This document shows positions 28,780 to 38,481 of a DNA stretch of 64,000 bases, piece after piece. Source of the DNA: an uncultured Actinomycetota bacterium (GTDB lineage: Bacteria > Actinomycetota > Actinomycetes > JAHEKZ01); NCBI GenBank assembly GCA_963829525.1, contig CAWHIJ010000003.1, positions 1,760,001 through 1,824,000 of the forward strand, in the 5' to 3' direction. Position numbers and translations under genes: made by a program. Each line of letters begins with the position of its first letter. Position 1 is the first letter of the stretch. Below the pieces are notes generated by a model, which saw only the letters and a list, made by a program, of their open reading frames with translations, searched no databases and had not been told where the DNA came from.

Positions 28780-31347
28780 ATGTTCCGCGCCTCATGGCGC
28801 AGCCTTGTCCAGCACAAGCTGCGTCTGCTCATGTCGATGCTCGCGATTGTCTTGAGTGTCGGGTTCGTCGTCGGCACCTTTATCTTCACCGACACGCTCA
28901 ACAAGACCTTCACCGACCTATTCGGCCAGACCACCACAGACGTGGTGGTCAGCCCGAAGTCGGACTTCCAGGGTTCTGGCTTCGCCGGTGAGGTTCCGAC
29001 ACTGGCACCAGAGCTCCTCGACGAGATCGCCCAGGTACCAGGAGCCGAAAAGGCCGGCGGGGCAGTCTTCGCCGACGGTGTCTCAATCATCGGCTCCGAC
29101 GATGAACCTCTCGGCCAGCAGGGAGCGCCGCAGTTCGGCAGCAACTGGAGCGATGACGAGGACCTGACCCCGTACCGACTTGTCGAGGGCGCCGGGCCCA
29201 CCACCTCGGACGAGGTGGCTATCGACTCGGTTTCAGCGGAGGACGGCCAGCTCGAAGTTGGTGACACGATTCGGTTGATTGCACCAACGGGCGACATCGA
29301 GGCCGAGCTGGTCGGGATCTTCCGATTTGGCACAAGTGGGAACCTGGCAGGGGCAACGATCGCTGCATTTGACACCAAGACCTCGCAACAGGTGCTTCTC
29401 GACGGTGAGGTCGGGTACACCGAGATCGACGTCGTCGCCGCTGCGGGAGTGACCCAACAGCAACTCGCCGACGAGGTGTCTGCTGTCACCGGGCCGGGCG
29501 CCACGGTGAAGACGGGCGCAGAGGCGGCTGACGAGGCGGCCTCGGATATCACCGATGCGCTCTCGTTCTTCAACATCATCCTGCTGGTGTTCGCCCTGAT
29601 CGCGCTCTTTGTAGGCTCCTTCCTGATCCTCAACACCTTCTCGATGCTGATCTCCCAGCGAACCCGCGAGCTGGCACTGCTCAGAGCCGTCGGCGCGACC
29701 CGAGGACAAGTGACTCGGTCGATCCTTACTGAGTCGTTGCTCGTAGGGGCCATGAGCTCGGTACTTGGATGCATCATGGGCATCGGGGTGGTCTACCTGC
29801 TGCGTTGGTTCTTCGGGAAGTTCGGCCTTGAGCTAGGCAGTACGCCACTTCAACTCGAGCCACGAACCTTCGCGATCGGGATCGCTCTTGGTGTCGCATT
29901 CACCGGCGTTGCCGCCTGGTTCCCCGCTCGCCGGGCGTCGAAGATTCCGCCAGTTGCGGCACTCCGTGACGACGCAACCCTCCCGACCAAGGCGTTGACG
30001 GTCCGTGCATTGCTCGGTGGCATCCAGATCCTGATCGGTGCTGGAGCCCTGATAGCAGGGGTGGTCAATGGCGGTTCGTCGGGTGCTTCTCTGGTAGGCG
30101 TCGGCGTGCTCCTCATTCTGACCGGCACCATCACTTTCAGTCCGGTTCTGGCCGCCCCGGTGGCGAGGGGCCTCGGCTATCCGCTGCCACGCCTGGTTGG
30201 CACCGTGGGCAGACTCGCGGTGGACAACGCCTCCCGGCAACCGCGTCGGTCGGCCGCGACGGCTTCAGCGCTGATGATCGGGCTAGCCCTCGTCACCGCC
30301 CTCACCATTTTCGCGTCCTCCATCACCGCTTCGCTCAATGCTGCCATCGATCGAGTCATCGGCGCGGAGTTCATCGTGGCCACCGACACGCAGCGCCCCT
30401 TCCCACGGGCCATTGCCGATGAGATCGAACAGCTACCAGATGTGTCCGTGGTATCGCGTACTACGTTCACCCAGGCCCAGATAGCTTCCGATTCCATCGC
30501 CAAACCCACAGGGAACGAAGGTCCGCCAACGACATTCGTGGGGACCTCCGACCCGGCCACGATCGCCGACGTCCTCAATCTCACCTTTACCGAAGGCGGA
30601 CTGGACGACCTGTCGGACACCGGTGTGATTGTGGATACGACAACGGCAACGAACTCCGACCTCGCGGTTGGCGACGAGGTCACGTTCACCTTCGCCAGCG
30701 GACCGGCCTCGTTCGAAGTGGTTGGGCTCTACGAACCAGCCGGGTTCTTCACCGGATACTCGATCACGAACCAGGCGCTGGAAGACGCAGGCGTCAGGAT
30801 CGGTGACACCTTTGTCTACGTCAAGGCAGACGAAGGCGCAGATCTCGACGCCCTGAAGAGCGACATCCAGGAGATCCTCACCTCCTACCCGGGCGTCACC
30901 GTGCAAAGTCAGGCCGAGCTTAAGGAACAGGTGCAGTCCAACGTCCAAACCCTGCTCAGTGTGATGATCGCGTTGCTGGGACTGGCCATCATCATTGCCA
31001 TCCTCGGGATCGTGAACACCCTCTTCCTGTCGGTTCTCGAACGCACCAGAGAGATAGGAATGCTGCGAGCCGTGGGTGCCAGCCGATGGCAGGTGAGGTG
31101 GATGGTGGTTCTTGAGTCAGTCGTCATTGCGCTCTTCGGCGCCATCCTCGGTGTAGTCCTCGGAGTGGTTTTTGCCACCGCCCTCCAGCGCACGTTGGCT
31201 GACCAGGGGATCGATGTGCTGAAGGTCCCCTGGCCCGCGCTCGTCCTGTATCTCGTCATCGCGATGGTCGTCGGTGCGCTTGCTGCCGCTTGGCCAGCGA
31301 GGCGTGCCGCCCGGCTCGACGTCCTGAAGGCCATTACGACCGAGTGA
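28780..31347 (+). CDS. FtsX-like ABC transporter permease (double MacB/FtsX repeat)
   Basis: QRTRELALLRAVGA and ERTREIGMLRAVGA repeats, PARRA ends. Confidence 0.93.
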   Translation: MFRASWRSLVQHKLRLLMSMLAIVLSVGFVVGTFIFTDTLNKTFTDLFGQTTTDVVVSPKSDFQGSGFAGEVPTLAPELLDEIAQVPGAEKAGGAVFADGVSIIGSDDEPLGQQGAPQFGSNWSDDEDLTPYRLVEGAGPTTSDEVAIDSVSAEDGQLEVGDTIRLIAPTGDIEAELVGIFRFGTSGNLAGATIAAFDTKTSQQVLLDGEVGYTEIDVVAAAGVTQQQLADEVSAVTGPGATVKTGAEAADEAASDITDALSFFNIILLVFALIALFVGSFLILNTFSMLISQRTRELALLRAVGATRGQVTRSILTESLLVGAMSSVLGCIMGIGVVYLLRWFFGKFGLELGSTPLQLEPRTFAIGIALGVAFTGVAAWFPARRASKIPPVAALRDDATLPTKALTVRALLGGIQILIGAGALIAGVVNGGSSGASLVGVGVLLILTGTITFSPVLAAPVARGLGYPLPRLVGTVGRLAVDNASRQPRRSAATASALMIGLALVTALTIFASSITASLNAAIDRVIGAEFIVATDTQRPFPRAIADEIEQLPDVSVVSRTTFTQAQIASDSIAKPTGNEGPPTTFVGTSDPATIADVLNLTFTEGGLDDLSDTGVIVDTTTATNSDLAVGDEVTFTFASGPASFEVVGLYEPAGFFTGYSITNQALEDAGVRIGDTFVYVKADEGADLDALKSDIQEILTSYPGVTVQSQAELKEQVQSNVQTLLSVMIALLGLAIIIAILGIVNTLFLSVLERTREIGMLRAVGASRWQVRWMVVLESVVIALFGAILGVVLGVVFATALQRTLADQGIDVLKVPWPALVLYLVIAMVVGALAAAWPARRAARLDVLKAITTE

Positions 31348-32017
31348 CGAGTCCCTGAAGCATTTCGACATCGACCTCGGTGAGTGAGGCGACGACCGAC
31401 CTGTTCGGCGCGGAGTCAATCGGGACAACGCTGGGCACCGCCACGACATGGCACCCGGCGGCCTCCGCGGCGGCAACCCCCGCCGGGCTGTCCTCCAGCA
31501 CCACCGAACGCGCAGCGCTAACCCCTAGCAGCTCGAGTGCGCTGAGATACGGCTCGGGATGAGGCTTGAGGTTGTTAACGTCGTCGGCAGTAACTTGGTG
31601 ACGGAACGGCTGGTTCGGCAGGTGAGCAAGGATGACGTCCACATGCACGCGCACCGACGAGGTGACCAGGGCGAGTTCGACATCGGCGGCGACAAGGGCA
31701 CCGAGCAGATCGAGCACACCTGGCTGGAAGGTGACGCGACCGCTCAGTTGCTTCGTCATGTTCTCAAGCAGCATCGCCATCACCGTTGGCGTGTCCAAGG
31801 AACTCTCTGTGTGCTCGATCATGTAGCGCGCCGCCACTGACAAGTTGCTGCCGAGCAGGTCGACCTGCTGCTGCTTGCCCCACGTTCCACCGAGCTGCTC
31901 GACGGTAGCGCTCTCGGCAGCGAACCATTGTGGCTCGGTGTCGACAAGGAGGCCGTCCATGTCGAACAGAACGGCTTCCAGTGGACGTGGGAGCGGGAGT
32001 GCGGATCCGGTGGTCAT
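31334..32017 (-). CDS. HAD-family phosphatase
   Basis: FDMDGLLVDTE, VTSS, KPHPEPY, LEDSPAG. Confidence 0.9.
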   Translation of the reverse strand: MTTGSALPLPRPLEAVLFDMDGLLVDTEPQWFAAESATVEQLGGTWGKQQQVDLLGSNLSVAARYMIEHTESSLDTPTVMAMLLENMTKQLSGRVTFQPGVLDLLGALVAADVELALVTSSVRVHVDVILAHLPNQPFRHQVTADDVNNLKPHPEPYLSALELLGVSAARSVVLEDSPAGVAAAEAAGCHVVAVPSVVPIDSAPNRSVVASLTEVDVEMLQGLVTRS

Positions 32018-32130
32018 CGTTGCCGCACGATACCCAAGTGAGCCGCGCCGCCTCCCTGCCGCCCTCGGTGCGGCGCCCTCCATGGCGGGTGCTGGTCGGC
32101 GTACGCTGGCGTGGTCTGCAAGGAGGGTCG

Positions 32131-32973
32131 ATGATCGAGCTTGAGGGGCTACCGCCGCTCAACCAGCCGGTGCTCATCGCTGCGTTTGAGGGCTGGAACG
32201 ACGCAGCCGAGGCAGCAACCGGTCTGATCGACCACGTCCTGGGTGAGTTCCCCGGACAGCGGTTTGCTGACGTCGATCCCGAGGACTACTACGACTTCCA
32301 GGTCAACCGTCCCGTCATCTCGGTAGGTGAGCGGGGTGTCCGGGAGATCACCTGGCCAGCCACCTCAGCGTATGCGGTAGCTGTTCCCGGAGGCCCCGAC
32401 CTGGTCATCGTCCGCGGGATCGAACCGAGCATGCGCTGGCGTACGTTCATCAACGAGATCATCGGCCTGGCCTTCGAGCTCGATGTTGACCGCGTTGTGA
32501 CAATAGGAAGCCTGCTGGCCGACACGCCGCATACTCGGCCAGTGCCCGTCACCTCGGTCGCCTCCGATCCAGCGCTCGCTGAGCGCCTCGGTGTCGAGCT
32601 GACCCGCTACGAGGGTCCAACAGGAATCGTTGGTGCCCTTACAGAGGGATTCACCCGAGCCGGTATCGAGACGCTGTCCTTCTGGGCGGCGGTCCCGCAC
32701 TACGTGGCCCAGTCACCGTGCCCCAAGGCGACCCTCGCTCTGCTACGCGCGCTCGAGGACGCACTGGACCTCACCATCCCTCCCGGCGACCTTGAGGAGG
32801 AGGCTCTTGCCTGGGAGCGTGGCGTCGACGAACTGGCCCATGACGACGAGGAGGTCGCTGACTACGTGCGGTCGCTCGAAGAGGCCCGAGACACTGCAGA
32901 TCTACCCGAGGCAAGCGGTGATGCCATCGCCCGCGAGTTCGAGAGATACCTCCGTCGACGCGACGACCCCTAG
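32131..32973 (+). CDS. PAC2 (proteasome assembly chaperone) family protein
   Basis: AAFEGWNDAAEAA, DPEDYYDFQVNRP, EPSMRW, YEGPTGI, WAAVPHY. Confidence 0.88.
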   Translation: MIELEGLPPLNQPVLIAAFEGWNDAAEAATGLIDHVLGEFPGQRFADVDPEDYYDFQVNRPVISVGERGVREITWPATSAYAVAVPGGPDLVIVRGIEPSMRWRTFINEIIGLAFELDVDRVVTIGSLLADTPHTRPVPVTSVASDPALAERLGVELTRYEGPTGIVGALTEGFTRAGIETLSFWAAVPHYVAQSPCPKATLALLRALEDALDLTIPPGDLEEEALAWERGVDELAHDDEEVADYVRSLEEARDTADLPEASGDAIAREFERYLRRRDDP

Positions 32974-33004
32974 TCACCGTCGGTCGTCGTCACCGTCGGT
33001 CGTC
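32973..33004. repeat. 16-bp tandem duplication between convergent genes
   Basis: GTCACCGTCGGTCGTC x2. Confidence 0.7.
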
Positions 33005-33058
33005 GGGGTCTGGCGTCCTTGACCGATGGTCCCTGGTCCAGGCCTCGACCCCACGACG

Positions 33059-34294
33059 TCAGTCCTCGCGCAGCCTGACGCCCAGCAACGCATTGGTCGC
33101 CTCTGCCATCTGCCGAGGTGCCTCGGCGTCGTCGCCAGCGCCAGACGCCACCTTCTCGGCCCACATGTCTACGCCCGCCAGAGCCGTGGGTGCGTCAAGA
33201 TCGTTGGCCAAAGCGGCGCGAACTGCCTCCACCACCGGGCCAGCCGACGGCCCGCGGTCGGCCGTGGCGGCAAAGGTCCAGCGATGCAGCCTGTCCTCGC
33301 CCTGCGCCAAGTCGCGGTCGTTCCAATCCCAGTCGCTTCGGTAGTGATGGGCCAGCAGGGCCAGCCTGACCGCCATGGGATCGTGCCCATCGTCACGGAG
33401 GCGCGAGACAAAGACCAGGTTGCCCTTCGACTTCGACATCTTCTGGCCACCCAGGCCCACCATTCCAGCGTGGACAAAGTGCCGGGCAAACGGTCGGTCG
33501 TCGGTCAGCAGGTGCGCCTGGGAGGTCCCCATTTCGTGGTGCGGGAAGATCAGGTCACTGCCGCCTCCCTGGACGTCGAACCCGTTTCCCAGATGGTGGA
33601 GCGCGATAGCGGTGCACTCGATGTGCCAACCGGGGCGCCCATGGCCGAAGTGGGTGTCCCAGGCAGGTTCACCTGGGCGTTCGGCCTGCCACAGCAATGG
33701 ATCGAGCGCGTCGCGCTTGCCCTCCCGCTCCGGGTCTCCGCCTCGCTCACCGAAGAGCTTGAGCATCGTCTCGCGGTCATACGAGCTGACGAAGCCGAAG
33801 TCAGCATCGTTGCCGGTGGAGAAGTAGACGTCCTTGTCGACGCGATAGGCGGCTCCGGAGGCCAGCAGCTCATCAATGCGCTCGACGACCAAGGGAATCG
33901 ACTCAACTGCGCCGATGTACTCCCGCGGCGGCAGAACGCCGAGCGCGGTCATGTCATCGCGAAAGAGCGCGGTCTCGGCTCTGGCTAGCTCGCTCCAGTC
34001 CTGCCCGGTTGCCACAGCACGCTCGAGCAGCGGGTCGTCCACGTCGGTCACGTTCTGCACATAGTGAATGTCGTGACCGTTATCCATCCAGACTCGTTGG
34101 ACGAGGTCGAAGGCGATGTAAGTGGCGGCATGACCCAGGTGCGTCGCATCGTAAGGCGTGATGCCACAGACATAGAGCCGCGCGGTCGCCTCTGGCGACG
34201 TTGCCCGGACAGACTTCGAGGCTGTGTCGTAGAGCGACAGGACGCGGCCATCGCCTGGGATGGACGGCACGGGCGGCTGCGACCAGGTTTCCAC
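33059..34294 (-). CDS. mshC: Cysteine:GlcN-Ins ligase (mycothiol biosynthesis)
   Basis: [47 protein letters not shown]; no anticodon domain. Confidence 0.96.
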   Translation of the reverse strand: METWSQPPVPSIPGDGRVLSLYDTASKSVRATSPEATARLYVCGITPYDATHLGHAATYIAFDLVQRVWMDNGHDIHYVQNVTDVDDPLLERAVATGQDWSELARAETALFRDDMTALGVLPPREYIGAVESIPLVVERIDELLASGAAYRVDKDVYFSTGNDADFGFVSSYDRETMLKLFGERGGDPEREGKRDALDPLLWQAERPGEPAWDTHFGHGRPGWHIECTAIALHHLGNGFDVQGGGSDLIFPHHEMGTSQAHLLTDDRPFARHFVHAGMVGLGGQKMSKSKGNLVFVSRLRDDGHDPMAVRLALLAHHYRSDWDWNDRDLAQGEDRLHRWTFAATADRGPSAGPVVEAVRAALANDLDAPTALAGVDMWAEKVASGAGDDAEAPRQMAEATNALLGVRLRED

Positions 34295-34319
34295 GACGCG
34301 TGAGCCTAGCGGGGCGCGT

Positions 34320-35057
34320 TCAGAAGGGTGGCCAAGGGATCGCTGGCCAGTCGGGGGAAGGCTGCGGGTGCCGGCCGTTACCGACCAGTTGACGGCCGCG
34401 TTTCAGCAGGATCTCGATCTCGTCGTCATCCAGAAGCTCACGCAGGACGCCGATGGCACCGCCATCTGATGTCATTCTCTGGAGCCAGTTCTCGATGTCT
34501 TTGACCAGGGACTCGGGGATAGGAAGGCCTCGCCACTGCCATAACACCGTGCGCAGCTTGTCGTCGACGGCGAACGAGACGCCGTGGTCGATCCCCCAGA
34601 TCGTTCCGTCAGCGGCGGGCAGCAGGTGCCCGCCCTTGCGGTCACCATTGTTGATCAAGGCGTCGAAAACCGCGATCCGTCTGAGCGCTGCATGATCACT
34701 TTGAACGAGAGCCACCAGGTCCACGCTCTCGTCGACATCCACCCACACCTGCACCATGCCGGGACCAACCGGTCCCTCGCGCCAGACAGTCGGTGGGACG
34801 ATCGCCCACCCCAACGACTCTGCAACGGCGTAGGCGGCGACCTCCCGCCGGCTCAAAGTGCCGTCCGGAAAGTCCCAGAGCGGACGTTCCCCGGCTCTCG
34901 GCTTGTATATGACCAGGGGAGCTTCGGCATCCGACGGTTTGCCAGCCTCATCGGATGCGAGCACCAAACGACATAGCAGGCTGCCGTTGGAGGCGTCGAT
35001 GAGTTGGCCCACCACATCGAGCTCGCCCCTCTTCAGCTCCTTTAGCGTGACCTTCAT
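34320..35057 (-). CDS. SCO1664 family protein (PI3/4-kinase-like fold)
   Basis: [40 protein letters not shown]. Confidence 0.85.
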   Translation of the reverse strand: MKVTLKELKRGELDVVGQLIDASNGSLLCRLVLASDEAGKPSDAEAPLVIYKPRAGERPLWDFPDGTLSRREVAAYAVAESLGWAIVPPTVWREGPVGPGMVQVWVDVDESVDLVALVQSDHAALRRIAVFDALINNGDRKGGHLLPAADGTIWGIDHGVSFAVDDKLRTVLWQWRGLPIPESLVKDIENWLQRMTSDGGAIGVLRELLDDDEIEILLKRGRQLVGNGRHPQPSPDWPAIPWPPF

Positions 35058-35587
35058 CGCCTGCGATAGCCGTTGGCCCGCGGGCAGATGTGCCCTTCTG
35101 GGTCCAGGGGAAGGGTGCAGAACGGGCACGGCGGGCGACCAGCGGCTACGACAGACTCTGCGCGTACGACGAACGCCCGCGCCATGGCGCCGGTGATGCG
35201 TACGGTCAGCACGTCGCCGCTGAGTTCGTCGTCATCCTCCGCAGGCTCAGAGGACGCCTCGATGAGCACGCGCTCGGCGTCGGCGTCCCAGGCGATACGC
35301 AGCACAGCGACCCTGAAGTCCTCTTCGACCGGTGTCTGGAGAGGCGCGTCATCACGGTCCTCCGGCTGAGCCACCACGGGGATGGGGAGCGCGCTGCTCG
35401 CGCGCCTCGTGAGGAGATCGAGCATGGCATCCATACGCTCTGCGAGGACTCGCACCTGTTCCTTTTCGAGAGCGGCGCTCGTGGTGCGCGATCCGTCTTG
35501 CGCCTGGATGAAGAACGTGCGTTGTCCGGGAGGTCCCACTGTTCCGGTCACGAAGCGTTCGGGGTCCACATAGCTGTGCATGGTCAT
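35054..35587 (-). CDS. DUF3090 family protein
   Basis: PERFVTGTVGPPGQRTFFIQA, LEKEQV, GRPPCPFC..PLDPEGHICPRANG. Confidence 0.85.
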   Translation of the reverse strand: MTMHSYVDPERFVTGTVGPPGQRTFFIQAQDGSRTTSAALEKEQVRVLAERMDAMLDLLTRRASSALPIPVVAQPEDRDDAPLQTPVEEDFRVAVLRIAWDADAERVLIEASSEPAEDDDELSGDVLTVRITGAMARAFVVRAESVVAAGRPPCPFCTLPLDPEGHICPRANGYRRR

Positions 35588-36297
35588 GGCTTCCTCCTGC
35601 CCCGCGGGCTCGGGCCGGCGCCACCGCCCACTGCCGCATCCTCGCTCTTGCGTGTCCTGCGTCGTCGTTTGGGCGGATGCAGTGCTGAGACATCTCCGCC
35701 CGAGTCGTTCATGCGCTCGACGAATGGTCGAGTGTCGCCGTAGCGCACGACACTCAACGATGCCGGGTCTACAACAATGCGCTGGAAGAGGTCCAGGTGT
35801 AGCCCGAGGGCATCGGCAAGCACCGCCTTGATCACGTCACCGTGCGATACCACCGCGTAGACCGCTTCAGGTCCAAGCTCGGCATTCCATCGCCGTACTG
35901 CCGCCACAGCCCTGCACTGCATCGCCGCGAGCCCCTCGCCCTCACTGCCGGGGAATCGCGCGTTGCTTGGATGCTGCTGCACGACCTTCCAGAGCGGGTC
36001 CTTGGCGAGGACCTTCAGTGACTTTCCTGTCCAGTCGCCGTAGCGCACTTCGGCGATGTCTTCGTCGAGGTGCACGGGAACCTCGCGGTCACCGAGCAGG
36101 ACGGTGGTGGTCTGCCGACAGCGCTCAAGAGGGCTCGTGACCACTGCCGTCAGCGGGACGTCCGCGACTCGAGCTCCAAGAGCAGCCACCTGCTCTTGAC
36201 CAACGTCGTCAAGCACGACGCCAGGCGTCCAACCGGCCAGGGTGCCTGAAGAGTTCGCCGTCGTTCGACCATGACGGATGAGGAGGGCTGTTGGCAC
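35584..36297 (-). CDS. Histidine phosphatase (phosphoglycerate mutase family, MSMEG_4193-like)
   Basis: LIRHGRT, SPLERCRQT, EVRYGDW, SHGDVIK. Confidence 0.9.
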   Translation of the reverse strand: MPTALLIRHGRTTANSSGTLAGWTPGVVLDDVGQEQVAALGARVADVPLTAVVTSPLERCRQTTTVLLGDREVPVHLDEDIAEVRYGDWTGKSLKVLAKDPLWKVVQQHPSNARFPGSEGEGLAAMQCRAVAAVRRWNAELGPEAVYAVVSHGDVIKAVLADALGLHLDLFQRIVVDPASLSVVRYGDTRPFVERMNDSGGDVSALHPPKRRRRTRKSEDAAVGGGAGPSPRGRRKP

Positions 36298-36343
36298 AGC
36301 CCCACCCTAAGTGGGCGCTGACGGTGACACGAATCAGGCTGAG

Positions 36344-37174
36344 TTAGACAGAGACAGTGGCGTCCAGAACACCGACCGACAGAAGAATCAGTACCAGTAT
36401 GCCGAGCGCCACCCGGTAGATGACGAAGGGCAGGAAGGACCTCGTCCGCAGGTACCGGAGCAACCAGGCGATGACTGCATAGCCGACGAAGAACGCGACG
36501 ACTGTTGCCACGATCGTCTTGGCCATCCCTGGCTCGGCGCTGGCACTGACGTCGGGCAGCTGGAAGATCGCGGACGCAACGACGGCCGGGATGGCGAGCA
36601 GGAACGCGTAGCGCGTGGCCGCCTCGCGGCGGTACCCGAGCCCGAGGCCCATGCTGATCGTGGCACCGGACCGGGAGACGCCTGGAACCAGAGCAAGCAT
36701 CTGCGCGGCTCCATAGAGGAGCGCATCCCGGAGGTTGAGCCGGTCGAGAGGGCGCGCATTAGCCCCCAGACGGTCCGCGATGCCCAGGATCAGGCCAAAG
36801 ACGATCAGGTTGGCCCCGATGACCCAGAGGTTGCGAAAAGTTGTCTGGATCGTGTTCTCGAGCACGACTCCGGCGATGGCGATCGGCAACGTACCGATGA
36901 TGATGTACCAGCCCATCCGGGCGTCGATGTGGCCCCGAAGCGACGGGCGCCACAAGGAACGGGTCCAGGTGCTGGCAATCCGCCAGATGTCCTTGGCGAA
37001 GTAAAGGATGACAGCCAGTTCGGTGCCGATCTGGGTCACCGCGGTGAAAGAGGCACCGGGATCAGGTCGTCCGAAGAGTTGCGGAAAGATCGCCAGGTGG
37101 GCGCTGCTGGAGATCGGCAAGAACTCCGTGAGTCCCTGAAGAGCTCCCAGCAGGATCGCCTCAAGCCAGCTCAC
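36344..37174 (-). CDS. uppP: Undecaprenyl-diphosphate phosphatase
   Basis: QGLTEFLPISSSAH, PGVSRSGATI, RYAFLLAIPA. Confidence 0.95.
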   Translation of the reverse strand: MSWLEAILLGALQGLTEFLPISSSAHLAIFPQLFGRPDPGASFTAVTQIGTELAVILYFAKDIWRIASTWTRSLWRPSLRGHIDARMGWYIIIGTLPIAIAGVVLENTIQTTFRNLWVIGANLIVFGLILGIADRLGANARPLDRLNLRDALLYGAAQMLALVPGVSRSGATISMGLGLGYRREAATRYAFLLAIPAVVASAIFQLPDVSASAEPGMAKTIVATVVAFFVGYAVIAWLLRYLRTRSFLPFVIYRVALGILVLILLSVGVLDATVSV

Positions 37175-37252
37175 CTGGGCCCACACAGGGCTTTGTTGGG
37201 GATCCGCATGGCGTCGGACTCTACCCACCCGTGATCGCTAGGCTCACGCGGC

Positions 37253-38257
37253 ATGGAGCAACGACATCTGGGCACCGCGGGACTGAGTGTCTCCCGGCTC
37301 GGCTTGGGGACGATGACCTGGGGTCGTGACACCGACGAGCACGAGGCTCGGGACCAGCTGAGCCACTTCTGTGAGGCGGGTGGAACACTCGTCGACACCG
37401 CAGACGTCTACGTCGATGGAGCGGCCGAGCGCATTCTCGGGACGCTCATCAACGATGTGGTGCCTCGGCGGGACGTCATCATTGCCACCAAGGCGGCAAG
37501 CCGGCCCGGCACCGACCGCAGATTCGACGCCTCCCGCGGCTATCTCCTCTCGTCGCTCGACGCCTCTTTGCGGCGGCTGGGCACTGACTACGTCGACCTC
37601 TGGCAGTTCCACGCATGGGACCCCAACACGCCGATCGACGAGACGTTGTCGGCGGCAGACGAGGCCGTGCGCTGCGGCAAGGCTCGCTACGTCGGCATCT
37701 CGAACTACTGCGGCTGGCAGACCGCCTGGGCCTGTTCGTGGCAGCAGGCCTTCCCTGGCCGGGCCCCTCTGGTAGCCAGCCAGATGGAGTACTCACTGCT
37801 GCAGCGGGGCATCGAGCGGGAGGTTCTGCCGGCGTTGACGCACGCCGGGGCTGGGGTCCTGGCTTGGTCGCCGTTGGGCAGAGGCGTCCTCACCGGCAAG
37901 TATCGAGCCGGAACGCCGTCCGACTCACGAGCAGCATCGGAGCATTTCAGCGACTTCGTGCGTCCCTTCATGGACGACCGCAGCAGACACATCGTCGATG
38001 CGGTGTCGACGGCGGCGAGCGGTCTGGGGGTTGCTCCGCTTGAGGTTGCCTTGGCATGGGTCCGGGACCGACCTGGGGTGGCGGCGGCGATCGTCGGGGC
38101 GCGAACGGCTGCACAGCTTCTTGGTTCACTCGGAGCTGAGGGTCTGGAGCTTCCCGATGAGATCGTGGCTGCGCTCGACGAAGTGTCAACGCCAGCTCGC
38201 AGCTACCCCGAGCACGGCTGGAACCAAAAGGTGGTTACCTCGTCGGAGGACTTATGA
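37253..38257 (+). CDS. Aldo/keto reductase
   Basis: LGLGTMTWG, DTADVY, SLRRLGTDYVDL, GISNY, WSPLGRGVLTGKY. Confidence 0.93.
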   Translation: MEQRHLGTAGLSVSRLGLGTMTWGRDTDEHEARDQLSHFCEAGGTLVDTADVYVDGAAERILGTLINDVVPRRDVIIATKAASRPGTDRRFDASRGYLLSSLDASLRRLGTDYVDLWQFHAWDPNTPIDETLSAADEAVRCGKARYVGISNYCGWQTAWACSWQQAFPGRAPLVASQMEYSLLQRGIEREVLPALTHAGAGVLAWSPLGRGVLTGKYRAGTPSDSRAASEHFSDFVRPFMDDRSRHIVDAVSTAASGLGVAPLEVALAWVRDRPGVAAAIVGARTAAQLLGSLGAEGLELPDEIVAALDEVSTPARSYPEHGWNQKVVTSSEDL

Positions 38258-38475
38258 GCTCTCGTGGCGTGGAGTTTGAGACATGGCGGCTCGACTTCCC
38301 GCGGACAACCAGCCGTGCCGAGATTCGTCAGGTGCTCACCGAGCACGCTGAATACGGTCGCTGGGAGCTGTGGCGGGTTCGCCGCTATGTCGACGGTCGG
38401 TGCATGGTGTGGTTGCGCAGACGTCGGCATCGGATCGCAAAGGCGACTGTTGAGAGGTGGCCTCAGGGGCGCTGA
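38254..38475 (+). CDS. DUF5703 family small protein
   Basis: LTEHAEYGRWELWRVRRYVDG...VWLRRR; ATGA coupling to upstream gene. Confidence 0.75.
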   Translation: MSSRGVEFETWRLDFPRTTSRAEIRQVLTEHAEYGRWELWRVRRYVDGRCMVWLRRRRHRIAKATVERWPQGR

Positions 38476-38481
38476 GCGGCT

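Noticed and set aside
33059-34294. Cysteinyl-tRNA synthetase
   Set aside because: HLGH/ITPYDAT motifs, short length and lack of anticodon domain indicate MshC
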